Shown here: one piece after another, positions 1-11,531 of the stretch
Layout: each line of letters begins with the position of its first letter
How positions within the stretch are numbered: the stretch's first letter is position 1
DNA from: Octopus vulgaris
Taxonomy: Eukaryota
Assembly: GCA_951406725.2 (NCBI GenBank)
Contig: OX597817.1
Coordinates: forward strand, 34,782,001-34,846,000
Direction: 5' to 3'
DNA length: 64,000 nt
Made by a program: the position numbers and the translations under genes
Notes under the pieces: model-generated
Database searches by the model: none
Told to the model about the DNA's origin: nothing
Seen by the model: only the letters and a program-made list of their open reading frames with translations

Positions 1-130
1 TGTGACTCTAGCAGCTTTTAATAAACTTACTTTACTATTACCTACATAAGATTCTATGTCTTCTCTAGCTAACTCCACGCAGCCTTCTACTGATATTAAC
101 CCTCTTCCGCCTTCCTTTCTAGGTAAGTAT
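1..130 (-). mobile_element. R4/NeSL-like non-LTR retrotransposon fragment (post-RT region)
   Basis: Minus strand reads YLPRKEGGRGLISVEGCVELAREDIESYV; YLPRxxGGRGL is typical of REL-type LINE ORFs. Confidence 0.7.
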
Positions 131-845
131 TCACTCTATTGAAAGTGTTTTACGTAGGATGTGTGCGGTGGGTAGTAGTGCTATTTTCTGTATATTATAT
201 ATACTTGTAAGCCCTGGTATTTTTGTTATGTGTTTGGCTGAATGTTTTTTTCTTTTTTTTTTAACCATACCTAATGCGCCTACTATAATAGGAATTGTTT
301 CTGTTTTTAGGCTCCACATTCGAGTTACCTCTATTTCCAGATCTCTGTATTTTGAAAGTTTCTTTTAGAGAAACATTGTCAATTGTTGGTATTGATACAT
401 CGATTAGAAAGCATTTTTCCTTGGCGCTCTCTGACAGCTATATCCGGCCTTTTGGACTCAATTTTGCTATATGTGTATATCCCAGAGTATGGTTGCTTTC
501 TCATTTTCTGTGATCTTTTTTTTGGCGTGTGCCTGTACCATCTCTTTTCTGTTGCTATTCCATAGTGCTGGCATAGCTTCCAGCGTATATAGGTCCCAAC
601 TCTGTTGTGTCTATGAATATATTCCTTCTTAGCCAGGACTGAGTAGCCAGAGACAATATGATTTATTGTTTTTTTCTTTTTCATCACATATTCTGCAGTT
701 ACTTGTATTTCTTTTCATTACATATTTTTGGTGGTTTCTGGTGGAAAGGCCTTGATCTTGTGCTGCAATTAAAGATCTTTCATTTTCTGCTTTGAGTCCT
801 GAGCTTCTCAGTTATTGTTGGGATTTTGCTTTGTGTATTTCTTTT
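131..845 (-). mobile_element. R4/NeSL-like LINE 3' end (CCHC knuckle and restriction-like endonuclease), decayed
   Basis: TINHIVSG..LAKKEYIHRHNRV, WYRH.P, KRPDIAV, IPIIVGALG, IQKIALL.TAHILRKTL across frameshifted ORFs. Confidence 0.85.
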
Positions 846-894
846 CTATTATTATTATTATTATTAATATTATTATTATTATACAAATTCCGTT

Positions 895-1020
895 AAGGCC
901 GATTTTTATCTTTCCTCTTTTCGGGGTCGATGAAATAAATATTAATCATGCACTGGGGTAATGTAATCAACAAGCTCCCTCCCATAAAATTTCAGGCTTT
1001 GTACCGATAGCAGAAAGAAT
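895..1020 (+). mobile_element. SINE family B, 3' fragment
   Basis: ttttcggggtcgat...aaatttcaggctttgtacc matches 14297-14530 and 33950-34105. Confidence 0.6.
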
Positions 1021-1155
1021 TGTTGTTGTTGTTGTTGTTGCTGCTGCTATTGCTGTCGCTGCTGCTGCTGTTAGAGTACGATGCGATATGAAATAAAACA
1101 CATTGACTTTCTTTATTGAATTGAACATATCGCGCTCCTTTAATTGTATACTCAC

Positions 1156-1502
1156 CTTCGTGAAAAAAAGTTACGCTAATCTTCATATGCTAGTGTTATT
1201 ATTATTTTTTCAGAAAGAATAGAGGTTCATATCTTTCTAGCCATTAGATATCTTGTTCCTGATCATCGTACAACATAACGATGTGAAATAACAAAGAGGA
1301 ACAGGGCACGTTGCAGAATTTCATCCAGGATACTTTTGATCTGTATTGTCGCACACTGGGCTGTTAATGCTTTTATAACTGAATGGTTTCCATTCACAGT
1401 GTGGCAGGCTACACATAAACTCCGAAATTTTTTCATCATACCTTCCAATTCCAAAGAGATGACGAGTAACACTAATCAGGATGATGTCATAGACTTTTTA
1501 TG
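1156..1502 (-). pseudogene. Decayed exon candidate with kringle-like C-terminal motif
   Basis: CAG acceptor at 1503-1505, GTGAG donor at 1151-1155; reads EFMCSLPHCEWKPFSYKSINSPVCDNTDQKYPG*NSATCPVPLC with later stops/frameshift. Confidence 0.4.
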
Positions 1503-1620
1503 CTGAGCAACGATTATGAGCAAGTTATTGAATGATCACACGGGCATGGAATTCTTCTGTTTTTGAATTACAAAAAAAAAAAAAGAATGAAAGAAAAGTT
1601 CTTTAAATTTGTTCAACATT

Positions 1621-2035
1621 AGGCGCAGGAGTGGCTGTGTGGTAAGTAGCTTGCTAACCAACCACATGGTTCCGGGTTCAATCCCACTGCGTGGCATCTT
1701 GGGCAAGTGTCTTCTGCTATAGCCCCGGGCCGACCAATGCCTTGTGAGTGGATTTGGTAGACGGAAACTGAAAGAAGCCTGTCATATATATGTATATATA
1801 TATATGTATGTGTGTGTGTTTGTGTGTCTGTGTTTGTTCCCCTAGCATTGCTTGACAACCGATGCTGGTGTGTTTACGTCCCCGTCACTTAGCGGTTCGG
1901 CAAAAAGAGACCGATAGAATAAGTACTGGGCTTACAAAAAGAATAAGTCCCGGGGTCGAGTTGCTCGACTAAAGGCGGTGCTCCGGCATGGCCGCAGTCA
2001 AATGACTGAAACAAGTAAAAGAGTAAAAGAGAGAG
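1621..2035 (+). mobile_element. tRNA-derived SINE family A (octopus-type, internal TA/TG microsatellite), full length
   Basis: A/B-box-like head gtggctgtgtggtaag...ggttcaatccc; gtaaaaga tandem tail; about 18 related copies in window. Confidence 0.9.
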
Positions 2036-2334
2036 AAAAGAGTATAATGGTAATTTACACGTTTAAAAGCGTATTTCTGAAAATTTTCATTATCAGCATG
2101 CATTTGGAAAAAAAATTAAAGACTACAAAGTATAATTATGGTTATGTTTCATACGTTTATGATATTAGAAATATAGATTGAGCGCTGAACGTTTAGAAAA
2201 AAAGAAAACTCCAAACTGAAGCGCATCTCCAACAGGCTGGTAGCTAATAAGATGTATTGTTAAATAAAATCTACACATGAAACGAGAATCAACCAAGGTG
2301 GGTAATTCTTGCTAACTTTTGGTAGACGGCCAGT

Positions 2335-2670
2335 AATTTTGAAGAAAGTGGTTAATCGATCATATCGACCCCGGTGCAAGAATGGTTCTTATTTTATTGA
2401 CTCCGAAACTATGAAAGGCAAAGTAGGACCTCGGCAGTATTTGAACTTTGAATCGGAAAAAAAAAATCGAAAAAAATGCCGCTAAGCGTTTAAAATATTA
2501 TAAATAGTAGCCGTCTGTCTTTAGGTTGTGAGTTTAAATTCCGCCGAGGTCGACTTTGCGTTTCATCCCTTGCGAGGTCGATAAAATAAATACCAGTTGA
2601 GTACTAAGATCAATGTCATTGACTTACCTTCTCCCTGAACTTACTGACTTTGGGCTAAAATCTGAAATCC
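2335..2670. mobile_element. Two SINE family B fragments, head-to-head (2335-2490 minus, 2520-2670 plus)
   Basis: gccgaggtcgactttgc..tttcatcc core in both orientations. Confidence 0.7.
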
Positions 2671-2733
2671 ATAGTAAAACTAGTAAGCCTTATAAATCTA
2701 TATATAACAAAACTGTAAGCCTTATATATCTAT

Positions 2734-2944
2734 TACTCTTTTACTTGTTTCAGCCATTTGATTGTGGCCATGCTGGAGCACCGCCTTTAGTCGAGCAAAT
2801 CGACCCCAGGACTTATTCTTTGTAAGCCTAGTACTTATTCTATCGGTCCCTTTTGACGAACCGCTAAATTACGGGGGCATAGACACGCCAGCATCGGTTG
2901 TCAAGCGATGTTGGGGGGACAAACACACACACACACACACACAC

Positions 2945-2997
<53 letters not shown>

Positions 2998-3160
2998 TAC
3001 GGGCTTCTTTCAGTTTGCGTCTACCAAATCCACTCACAAGGCTTTGGTCGGCCCGAGGCTATAGTAGAAGACATTTGCCCAAGGTGCCACGCAGTGGGAC
3101 TGTACCCGGAACCATGTGGTTCGTAAGCAAGCTACTGCCACACAGCCACTCCTACGCCTA
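2734..3160 (-). mobile_element. SINE family A, full length
   Basis: Reverse complement of 1621-2035 family. Confidence 0.9.
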
Positions 3161-3499
3161 TATAAAACTCTTTCTCCCTATATAAAACATAAATTATAAA
3201 ATTATCTAAACTTACATCACGCAAAAATTAAACAGTAAATTAAATGAAATTTATGGGAGACAGCGTAAAGATGAGTGTGATGTAGTGAGGATGAGGTAAA
3301 AATAGAGGTGATAACTTTGTCATTGGTTGCCTTCCACACGATGTTTGATTTAAGGGGATGAAATCAACAGTTTATAGCCATAAGTATCATCAGCAGGCTA
3401 AATAAAGCGATCGGGGTTACACGAATTGAATTGAAGAGTGAGTCAAGTTTTACTTATTCACCTACTGATACTACATCAGGATAATTTATTTTATTTAAA

Positions 3500-3715
3500 T
3501 CGAAGAGGCCAGGGAACAGAAGAAAGAAGACATGCACCCAACATCAAAGCTGAAGACATCTCCGAAAGGACGGGCACCGCCACGTCAAAACGGTAGAGGA
3601 GTAGGGGCCGAAACCGGACGTAGTTCCTCCTGATGATGTCTTGAGCTAACTGGATCCTATACAGGAGCTGTTGTGGTAGCAGACCACGAAACACGGTTGA
3701 AATTCCTGGAAGAGG
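3500..3715 (+). mobile_element. Dispersed repeat, probable PLE solo pseudo-LTR with tandem hammerhead-like motifs
   Basis: Closely similar inverted copy at 58620-58838; CTGAAGA..GAAAC and CTGATGA..GAAAC motifs; diverged relative at 24690-24800 beside a PLE ORF. Confidence 0.6.
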
Positions 3716-3897
3716 TTGATAATATTGCTGAATATCGGTGTCTGTTGACAAGTCAATAAATGAAATGACATTATGAAAAGATTTGTCGTACAACAGAGAG
3801 TTCGTCATCCTCCTTGCCACTCTGCAGTCGCCAACAAGAAATTTTTTGCTCTTTTGACTTCTAACACTTAGTATCTTGAGTCAGTCTGTTTTCTTAC

Positions 3898-4030
3898 CAG
3901 GTTTTGACGTCGACTTCTGCAAAAGCTATTCCACCTGCCCTTTGAAGTTTACCATGGAAATCATTTATCTGGAATCCATCAAAATCGTATTTTACCTTCT
4001 CATCGCATAGTGCTGTTGTCCAAGTATTTG
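3898..4030 (-). pseudogene. Exon candidate
   Basis: Open TWTTALCDEKVKYDFDGFQINDFHGKLQRAGGIAFAEVDVKT ending at GTAAG donor (3893-3897); acceptor unclear. Confidence 0.4.
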
Positions 4031-4504
4031 AATATATACATATATCCATATATGCTTGCAAACATACATACATGCATGCATACGTACATCCATACATTCA
4101 TACATACATACATATATGTGTGTGTGCATAAACAATACATGGGCGCGTGCACGCACACGCACTCACACACACACACACAGCTTTGGGGTGTCATATGCTT
4201 CTGCTGTGATGAATCTGCCATTTAAGTAACCCATGTCAACATTAAACATTAAGCATTTACAGATCATGCTGACCTATACAATCACAGTATCTACGTTCTA
4301 TAAAATGCTAGAAAGAAAAGCTGTATTTAAATACCATTCGACCTCACTCTATTCAGTCACACTCAATTTACACAAAAGATCTATAATTAAAACAACGTAG
4401 ATTCCTATATAAACAGGTTAGCCCAAATAACGTTACATTTTCTCTTGCATATATACCCGATAGCGACCAGTGGCTTTTTGGACATCATGGCAACAGCAGC
4501 AGTA

Positions 4505-4680
4505 GTGGAGGCGCAATGGCCCAGTGGTTAGGGCAGTTGACTCGCGGTCGTAAGAACCGGGCATTGTGGGTGTTTATTGAGCAAAAACACCTAAGCTCCA
4601 CGAGGCTCCGGTGGGGGGTGGGGTGAACCCCGCTGTACTCTTTCACCACAACTTTCTCTCACTCTTTCTTCCTACTTCTG
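4505..4680 (+). mobile_element. tRNA-derived SINE family C head and core
   Basis: gtggaggcgcaatggcccagtggttagggcag...gactcgcggtcg head shared with 14997, 35388, 49985. Confidence 0.85.
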
Positions 4681-5609
4681 CCACAAAGCAGAGGAACCAT
4701 GGTGTAACCCACTATGGTGTGGTAAACTTACAGACCCTAGTCTAGATTGCGAATCCTCTGTACCCCAGGATGGTTCAGCTCTCCACCCGTTAAAAGCTAC
4801 CGTTTACGGAATGAGGATAACAACGTAGCTTTCGCTCCCGTGCAACCGCCAGTCTATCGCGTGTGGTGGGTGGATCTTCAAGTTACCACACGCATTCTTA
4901 GTAGCTTAGAGTAGGCTCGAATTGGAGATTATTCTTTGTGGCTAATGGCGTGAGTCCTGATTGGAAGAAGAAGAAAACAGCAACAGTCATTATTATCTGG
5001 TGTGAGTAAAAATATGACAATCGTAGAAAAGAAAGAAATTCCTGAAACAGTCGAAAATGTGATTTCTTTTTTCCGATTTTTTTTTTATTATTATAGACCC
5101 ACCTCAGCTCTCATTGTGTGAAATATTTGTGATCAGACATCACAACCGTGAGCAACTTGGTTTTGTTTTCATGTACAGTAAATCAAGAACCACATTCTAC
5201 AATATGTTCTTCCATAAGACGGCAGAATGTAATCTGGGGGAGATTAGACAGGTATTTCGAATACGTAGAGTCTCATTCCTGAGAGAAGACAAGCATTAAC
5301 GATAATGATAAATGTTAATGCAGATAATGAAGACTTTATCGGGAATATGATGACGGTGGTGCTGTGATAATAAGGACGAGGGTGGAAAAGGAGACAGAAT
5401 ATATTGTTATAGTTTCTGGCTCTTTACCTACCAATACGTCAGCGGTTGGAGATTATTTTATCGGTGATTATGATAATGATGTTATTGATTGGAATGATGA
5501 AGGATAAGAGAGAAGTCAAATTACCATATATATATATAAACACAACAACGCGAGGACGTGGAACAAATATAGTATTATTGGACGCTCAGGAAAGAAGGAA
5601 AGAAGTACG

Positions 5610-5644
5610 GTTTAACGTTTCGAGCGGAGCTCTTCGTCGGAAAC
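5610..5644 (-). ncRNA. Minimal type I hammerhead ribozyme motif (U4C core)
   Basis: guuu-CCGACGA-a-gagc/gcuc-GAAA-CG-UU-aaac. Confidence 0.7.
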
Positions 5645-5687
5645 ATAGGAGAAGGAAAGATCCAGAGAAGGGAAGACAGAGGGAAAA

Positions 5688-5897
5688 AGGGTGTCACAGA
5701 AGTTGCGCACCACCGTGGTTTTTTAAAAGAATACACCCTTATTGATTTTAAAAACTCTTTATTGAAATTAATCGTAACAAATACTCAAATTGAGCACCTT
5801 CTACAATAAAACCGGCAGAAAAAAAATAATAAAATAAAATGGTTTAATTATTTTAAATGAAAACCAGAATGGTGCGCGACTTCTGGGACACCCTGTA
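5688..5897. mobile_element. Tc1/mariner-type MITE
   Basis: TIRs agggtgtcacagaagttgcgcacca / tggtgcgcgacttctgggacaccctg followed by TA. Confidence 0.75.
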
Positions 5898-5966
5898 TAT
5901 ATATATATATATATATATATCCTTAAATCCTTAAAAATGTTTTAGCCCGAAGGCCGCGGCCATATT

Positions 5967-6015
<49 letters not shown>

Positions 6016-6035
6016 CGTGAGAGAGATATAGAAAG

Positions 6036-6121
<86 letters not shown>

Positions 6122-6194
6122 AATGTGACCGCGTGTGTACCTTTGGCGATTTTTCCCCTCTGTCTCCCCTTCTCTGGATCTTTCCTTCACCTAT

Positions 6195-6229
6195 GTTTCC
6201 GACGAAGAGCTCCGCTCGAAACGTTAAAC
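6195..6229 (+). ncRNA. Minimal type I hammerhead ribozyme motif (U4C core)
   Basis: gttt CCGACGA a gagc tcc gctc GAAA CG TT aaac; palindromic ACGU stem III implies dimer folding. Confidence 0.7.
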
Positions 6230-6319
6230 CCTCCTTCTTTCCTGAGCGTCCAATAATACTATATTTGTTTCACGTCCTCGCGTTGTTATGTTTTTTTGTG
6301 CTTTCTTGTTTGGATTAAC

Positions 6320-6451
<132 letters not shown>

Positions 6452-6542
6452 ATGTAGTTAATTCAAATAGAAAACCGATAAAAACGAACGTGAGGATGTG
6501 CACAAGAAATGTATTAACATATCGCTCGGTGAAAGGAGAGAG

Positions 6543-6575
6543 TTTGACGTTTCAAGCAGAGCTCTTCGTCGGAAA
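6543..6575 (-). ncRNA. Minimal type I hammerhead ribozyme motif, GUC site
   Basis: uuu CCGACGA a gagc ucu gcuu GAAA CG UC aaa. Confidence 0.65.
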
Positions 6576-6633
6576 GGAGAAAGAGAAAAGTCTAAAGATG
6601 GAGAAGAAATCACCAACTGCACACATGTAGTTA

Positions 6634-6671
<38 letters not shown>

Positions 6672-6701
6672 GAAAAAAAGCAACAAGAATGGATTAAAAT
6701 C

Positions 6702-6785
6702 TCGGTACGATCGTTTCGTACGAGGACATCTTTAATAAGCTACAAAAAATGCAGTGAATACAGATGGCTCGTACTCATCAGCCGA
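6702..6785 (-). ncRNA. Type I hammerhead ribozyme, canonical core
   Basis: Reverse complement of 7063-7146. Confidence 0.85.
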
Positions 6786-7062
6786 AAAAACATCAGAGAA
6801 TTCCCAAACATCAAAAGGGGTAGATACAAAAGAGGTTGTAAGATTAACTGCATTGAAGAAAGTTCGATTCATGGAGATCCGAAAATTTCTTCACACAACT
6901 TGATTAAAAATTCAATATGAGCTATATGTAGACATGCACAAATTCTGTAAGTTTAAAACCTTTCATCGGATCTCCATGAATCGAACTTTCTTCAATGCAG
7001 TTAATCTTACAACCTCTTTTGTATCTACCCCTTTTGATGTTTGGGAATTCTCTGATGTTTTT

Positions 7063-7146
7063 TCGGCTGATGAGTACGAGCCATCTGTATTCACTGCATT
7101 TTTTGTAGCTTATTAAAGATGTCCTCGTACGAAACGATCGTACCGA
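7063..7146 (+). ncRNA. Type I hammerhead ribozyme, canonical core
   Basis: tcgg CTGATGA gtacgag [43 nt] ctcgtac GAAAC gatc GTA ccga; predicted cleavage after 7142. Confidence 0.85.
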
Positions 7147-7297
7147 GATTTTAATCCATTCTTGTTGCTTTTTCCTATTTGTAATCACCCCACTTGTCGT
7201 ATGGTTAACACCATATAGATTTCCGGTGCATCCTAGTTAAGGACCATATTCATGTGAATTCTTTAGAATTCACTAGAATCTCAATTACTTAACCGAA

Positions 7298-7330
<33 letters not shown>

Positions 7331-8087
7331 TACTTCTTGAAAGTTAAAAAAAGCATACGGACGTTTAACAAGACAAAGAAAGGGTGAATGTGTGTGTGTA
7401 TATGTGTGCATGCGTGTGTGTGTATGTGTGAGTGAGTGTAAGAATGGAGAATTAAATGAGACACAAGTCGTATGCGTTTGTATGTGTGTATGTATTGGGT
7501 TGTTGAGTGAAGACAACTTCTGTAAGGCAAAAAAGGTTATAATGCTGAGTCAAGGAAAACGTGATGTTCCAGGAAAACGTAAGGGCTATGATTATATTCT
7601 TATATGAGATGATGGTACAGAGAGATTTTACGTCCAGTTTAAAAGTAGCTTGGTACCGTAGGAGGAAAGGCTGAAATCAAGGTGACATCTAGCTAATGAA
7701 GTCAAAACCAGTTATGTAAGACATTGACATAAAATTTGATAAAAGACCAGCATCTTTGATAAAAGACCAGCATTGAGAAAGCTTATAAGTTCAATCAAAG
7801 CTTTTTAACCTTCAAGATATATTGCTTAAAAAACATTTTAAACAATAGTTTTCATTTACTTGAATAAACCAAACAATAGTAGCAATAAACTGAAAATACA
7901 CACCACAGACACACACATATATATATATAAATGCATATATACACACATACACATACACTAAATGAATGACATAGGGATGTGATCTGGACATACAGCGACG
8001 AAAGATTTACTAAGAGCGTAATACAGCAAAATCAAGTGTAGTATCTACACAAATTGTTTAATACACTAGTCCTTTTGAAAAGTAACC

Positions 8088-8763
8088 GCATGAAAACAAA
8101 GTTCATGCGATCAGACAACAGGTCGAATGGTGATCGGCAGTGATGAAATAGAGGAGATAAGGGAATATGTCTACCTGGGACAGGAAGTGATTATGTGCCG
8201 AGATATCGAAAAGGCGATCTCACGGAGAGTAAGGGCCGGATGGAAGGCGTTTAATGGCATAAGGGATGTGCTCAAGGGAAGGTTGGACAGGACCACTCGC
8301 GCCAACCTCATTAACAGTGCAGTTCTACCTGCAATGTTATATGGTAGTGAAACCTGGGCTACCACAAAAAGAGAAGAGCAGATACTGGTAACGGCTCAAA
8401 GAGTCATGGAAAGGTCAATGCTTGTTATCTCGTTGAGAGAGCACATCAGTAGCGAGATCATCAGAAAGAAGTCCGGCGTGAGAGATGTCATCGCAGAGTA
8501 TACACGCTGAAAGTATAGATGGGCTGGACACGTCGCCCGGCTCACCGATAATCGGTGGACCCACGCAGTTGTCGAGTGGTACCCGCGCGAGCGGAAAAGA
8601 CCACCCGGAAGACCTCCACCACGGTGGAGTTACGATTTCAGGAGGACGATTGGGATCACGTGGATGAGAAAGGCGCGATCCAGAGAGGAGTGGACAGCGT
8701 GCTGTGACCAGCGGTGTCAAATGGACGCCTGACGGACTGGTCGGTCAAGGTGATCAAGGTGAT
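8088..8763 (+). mobile_element. RTE-clade LINE, 5'-truncated 3' end
   Basis: EYVYLGQ, AGWKAF, VLPAMLYGSETW, WAGHVAR, RPPGRPPPRW; tcaaggtga repeat tail. Confidence 0.9.
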
Positions 8764-8983
8764 ATAATGAAAATAATAATGCAATACAAATGTATTACTT
8801 TCCAGTAAAATAAAGCCCCATAAGGGTAGAATTATACATATAAAAATAGATAAGTGGTACAACAAGGCACCAATATTTACTAGAAAATAGCAATCGATAC
8901 AAATACGACGCTATTGTATAGCTTCACTGCGTATTTACTAGCAAAGACGTGTGTGTGCAACAAACATGAAAAATTTGTCTTAC

Positions 8984-9195
8984 CTCTTGGAAGAACATTC
9001 GATAAATGGACAACCTAGAATCGGATAATGCAGGACCGGTTTCTAACTCCTCAAATACGTTTGACAACGTAAATTTGATCAGTCTTCATCAGCTGCATTT
9101 ACCTAGACAATATTTCAAATGTTGCCACATCAATGCCAGTATACTCGCCTGAACGCCTAGCCGTTAACAGAACGAGAGCAGTGAAGGAGTTTTCA
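8984..9195 (-). pseudogene. Decayed exon candidate, loosely F5/8 type C (discoidin)-like
   Basis: FTALVLLTARRSGEYTGIDVATFEILSR* then frameshift RLIKFTLSNVFEELETGPALSDSRLSIYRMFFQE, ending GAG|GTAAG. Confidence 0.4.
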
Positions 9196-9677
9196 ATGAA
9201 AATAATAATGCAATACAAATGTATTACTTTCCAGTAAAATAAAGCCCCGTGTAGACTGATCAAATTTACGTTGTCAAACGTATTTGAAGACTTAGTGTAT
9301 TTGAAGAGTTGGCAGCGTAGGTACACTTTGGACACTTTATATATATATATTAATTAAGTCAAACAAAGTAACGATATTTTGAATGCATTTAATACGTACG
9401 TTTCAGATAATTGTGCAACAGATAAAAAGGAAATTCCATCTCTAACGCATAATAATACTTAGTTAAGACGTATCAGCATATCAAATACATTCAAATGCAT
9501 TCAAAATATCATTATTCGGGATGACTTCATTATTATACAATTTGTGACTCTATCTCAGAACTAGTTAAGTAGTCCTAATTCCATTCACACAGATGCTATA
9601 CCAAAGATTTGGAGTAATCCGTTCTATTCAATTCGTGTCTGAAATTCTGGTTACGTGCATCACTTATAACACGGAAT

Positions 9678-9679
<2 letters not shown>

Positions 9680-9748
<69 letters not shown>

Positions 9749-10445
9749 CGTGCGTACGTGCATGCGCGTGTGTCTGTGTAAACACATATATATATATACA
9801 TATATATATATATGTATATACAGATACATACAACACTCTCTATATATCTATACACACACAGCGAGTTGCAAGTATATGTATGTATATATATGTGTGTGTG
9901 TTTGTATGTGTGTGTGTATACACACATGCACGCATACATACATACATACATACATACATACATACATACATACATACATACATCCATACATACATACATA
10001 CATACATACATACATACATACATACATACATACATGATCGTTCCTCAGTAAAGACATGCCGGTTTCATTCCAAATCAAAAATAAAGACATTGAGTAGCTG
10101 TAGAAGGCAATCATAAAGTAGAGAAGCACCGATTGCTTTATATAGAAGCTGAATATCTATCATATTGCTTAAGGAAAGAAGCTGGGTTCGTCTTCTCTTC
10201 TCTGATTATTGATTGGGAATGAAACCGGTATGTCTTTACTGAGGAACGATCATATATGTGTGTATGTATGTATGTATGTATGTATGTATGTATGTATGTA
10301 TGTATGTATGTATGTATGTATGTATGTATGCATGTATGTATGTATGTATGTATGTATGCATGTATGTATGTATGTATGCATGTATGTATGCATGTATGTA
10401 TGTATGTATGCACGCGCGCGAGCACATACACACACACACACACAT
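9680..10445. repeat. Compound microsatellites with (CATA)n / (TATG)n flanking a 45-bp inverted repeat (10034-10078 / 10209-10253)
   Basis: Direct inspection. Confidence 0.85.
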
Positions 10446-10853
10446 ACTCTTTACTCTATTACTCTTTTACTTGTTTCAGTCATTTAACTGCGGTCATGCT
10501 GGAGCACCACCTTTAGTCGACCAAATCAACCCCAGGACTTATTCTTTGTAAGCCTAGTACTTACTTTATCGGTTTCTTTTGCCGAACTGCTAAGTTACGG
10601 GGACGTAAACACACCAGCATCGGTTGTCAAGCGATGTTGGGTGGGGGACAAACACTGACACACAAACACACACACATATATATATGCATATACATATATA
10701 CAACGGGCTTCTTTCGGTTTCCGTCTACCAAATCCACTCACAAGGCTTTGGTCAGCCCGAGGCTATAGTGGAAGACACTTGCCCAAGGTGCCACGCAGTG
10801 GGACTGAACCCGGAATTATGTGGTTGGTAAGCAAGCTACTTACCACACAGCCA
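10446..10853 (-). mobile_element. SINE family A
   Basis: Family A match. Confidence 0.9.
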
Positions 10854-11531
10854 TTGCAACTCGTTGTATGTGTGTGCGTAGATATATCGTAAACCGGTCC
10901 ATCAAAAGAGTTCCTCAATATTCTTCTCGCACATCAGAAGCAGGGGAGGAAGCTGTGCTTCGTAATATTTAAATTCATTTCAGTCCTGATTAAGTTTGTG
11001 CTTTGGATAAAATAAGAATTGTTTAATTAATGATGAGCTCGTCAAAATCCAAAATATGCAACTAAGATTATCCACTGCGGTACTGACTTAATTTATGATT
11101 GCTTTACATAGCAACGGAATATTTATGCTAATAATTGGTGAAGGAAACTGAGTACGTCTTCTCTGAAGATTGGTCAACATGCTGTCAAGAGAACCTACAC
11201 CTTTTTACCTTAGCATAAAAAACATTAAATGTGTTTACAAATTTTATTTAACCCACAGTCAGGTTTTGTAATATTTAATTTTATTTCAAGCCCTCTGATT
11301 GTCACTTCTACCTGATTATTTAACTTTCATTTATCCTAATATCTTATATATCCAAATTATTATTCTTTTCCCGAGGAAATTTTCCATTCTTTCCGATCAT
11401 TTGTAAACATTTTTCAACTGCGGAAGGAATTGTGCAATTTGACAGTACCAAGTAAAAGTTAACGACATGGTTAGATATTTTTCAAAGATTTGGGTAAAAT
11501 AGATTTATCCATACTTCCTATAACATCTTAC

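Larger units (their letters stand above)
6666..7297. mobile_element. PLE-type insertion with ~215-bp near-perfect inverted repeat (6666-6882 / 6966-7180), flanked by (TA)n
   Basis: Arms match apart from an A-run length difference; 83-bp spacer; HHR in each arm. Confidence 0.8.
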
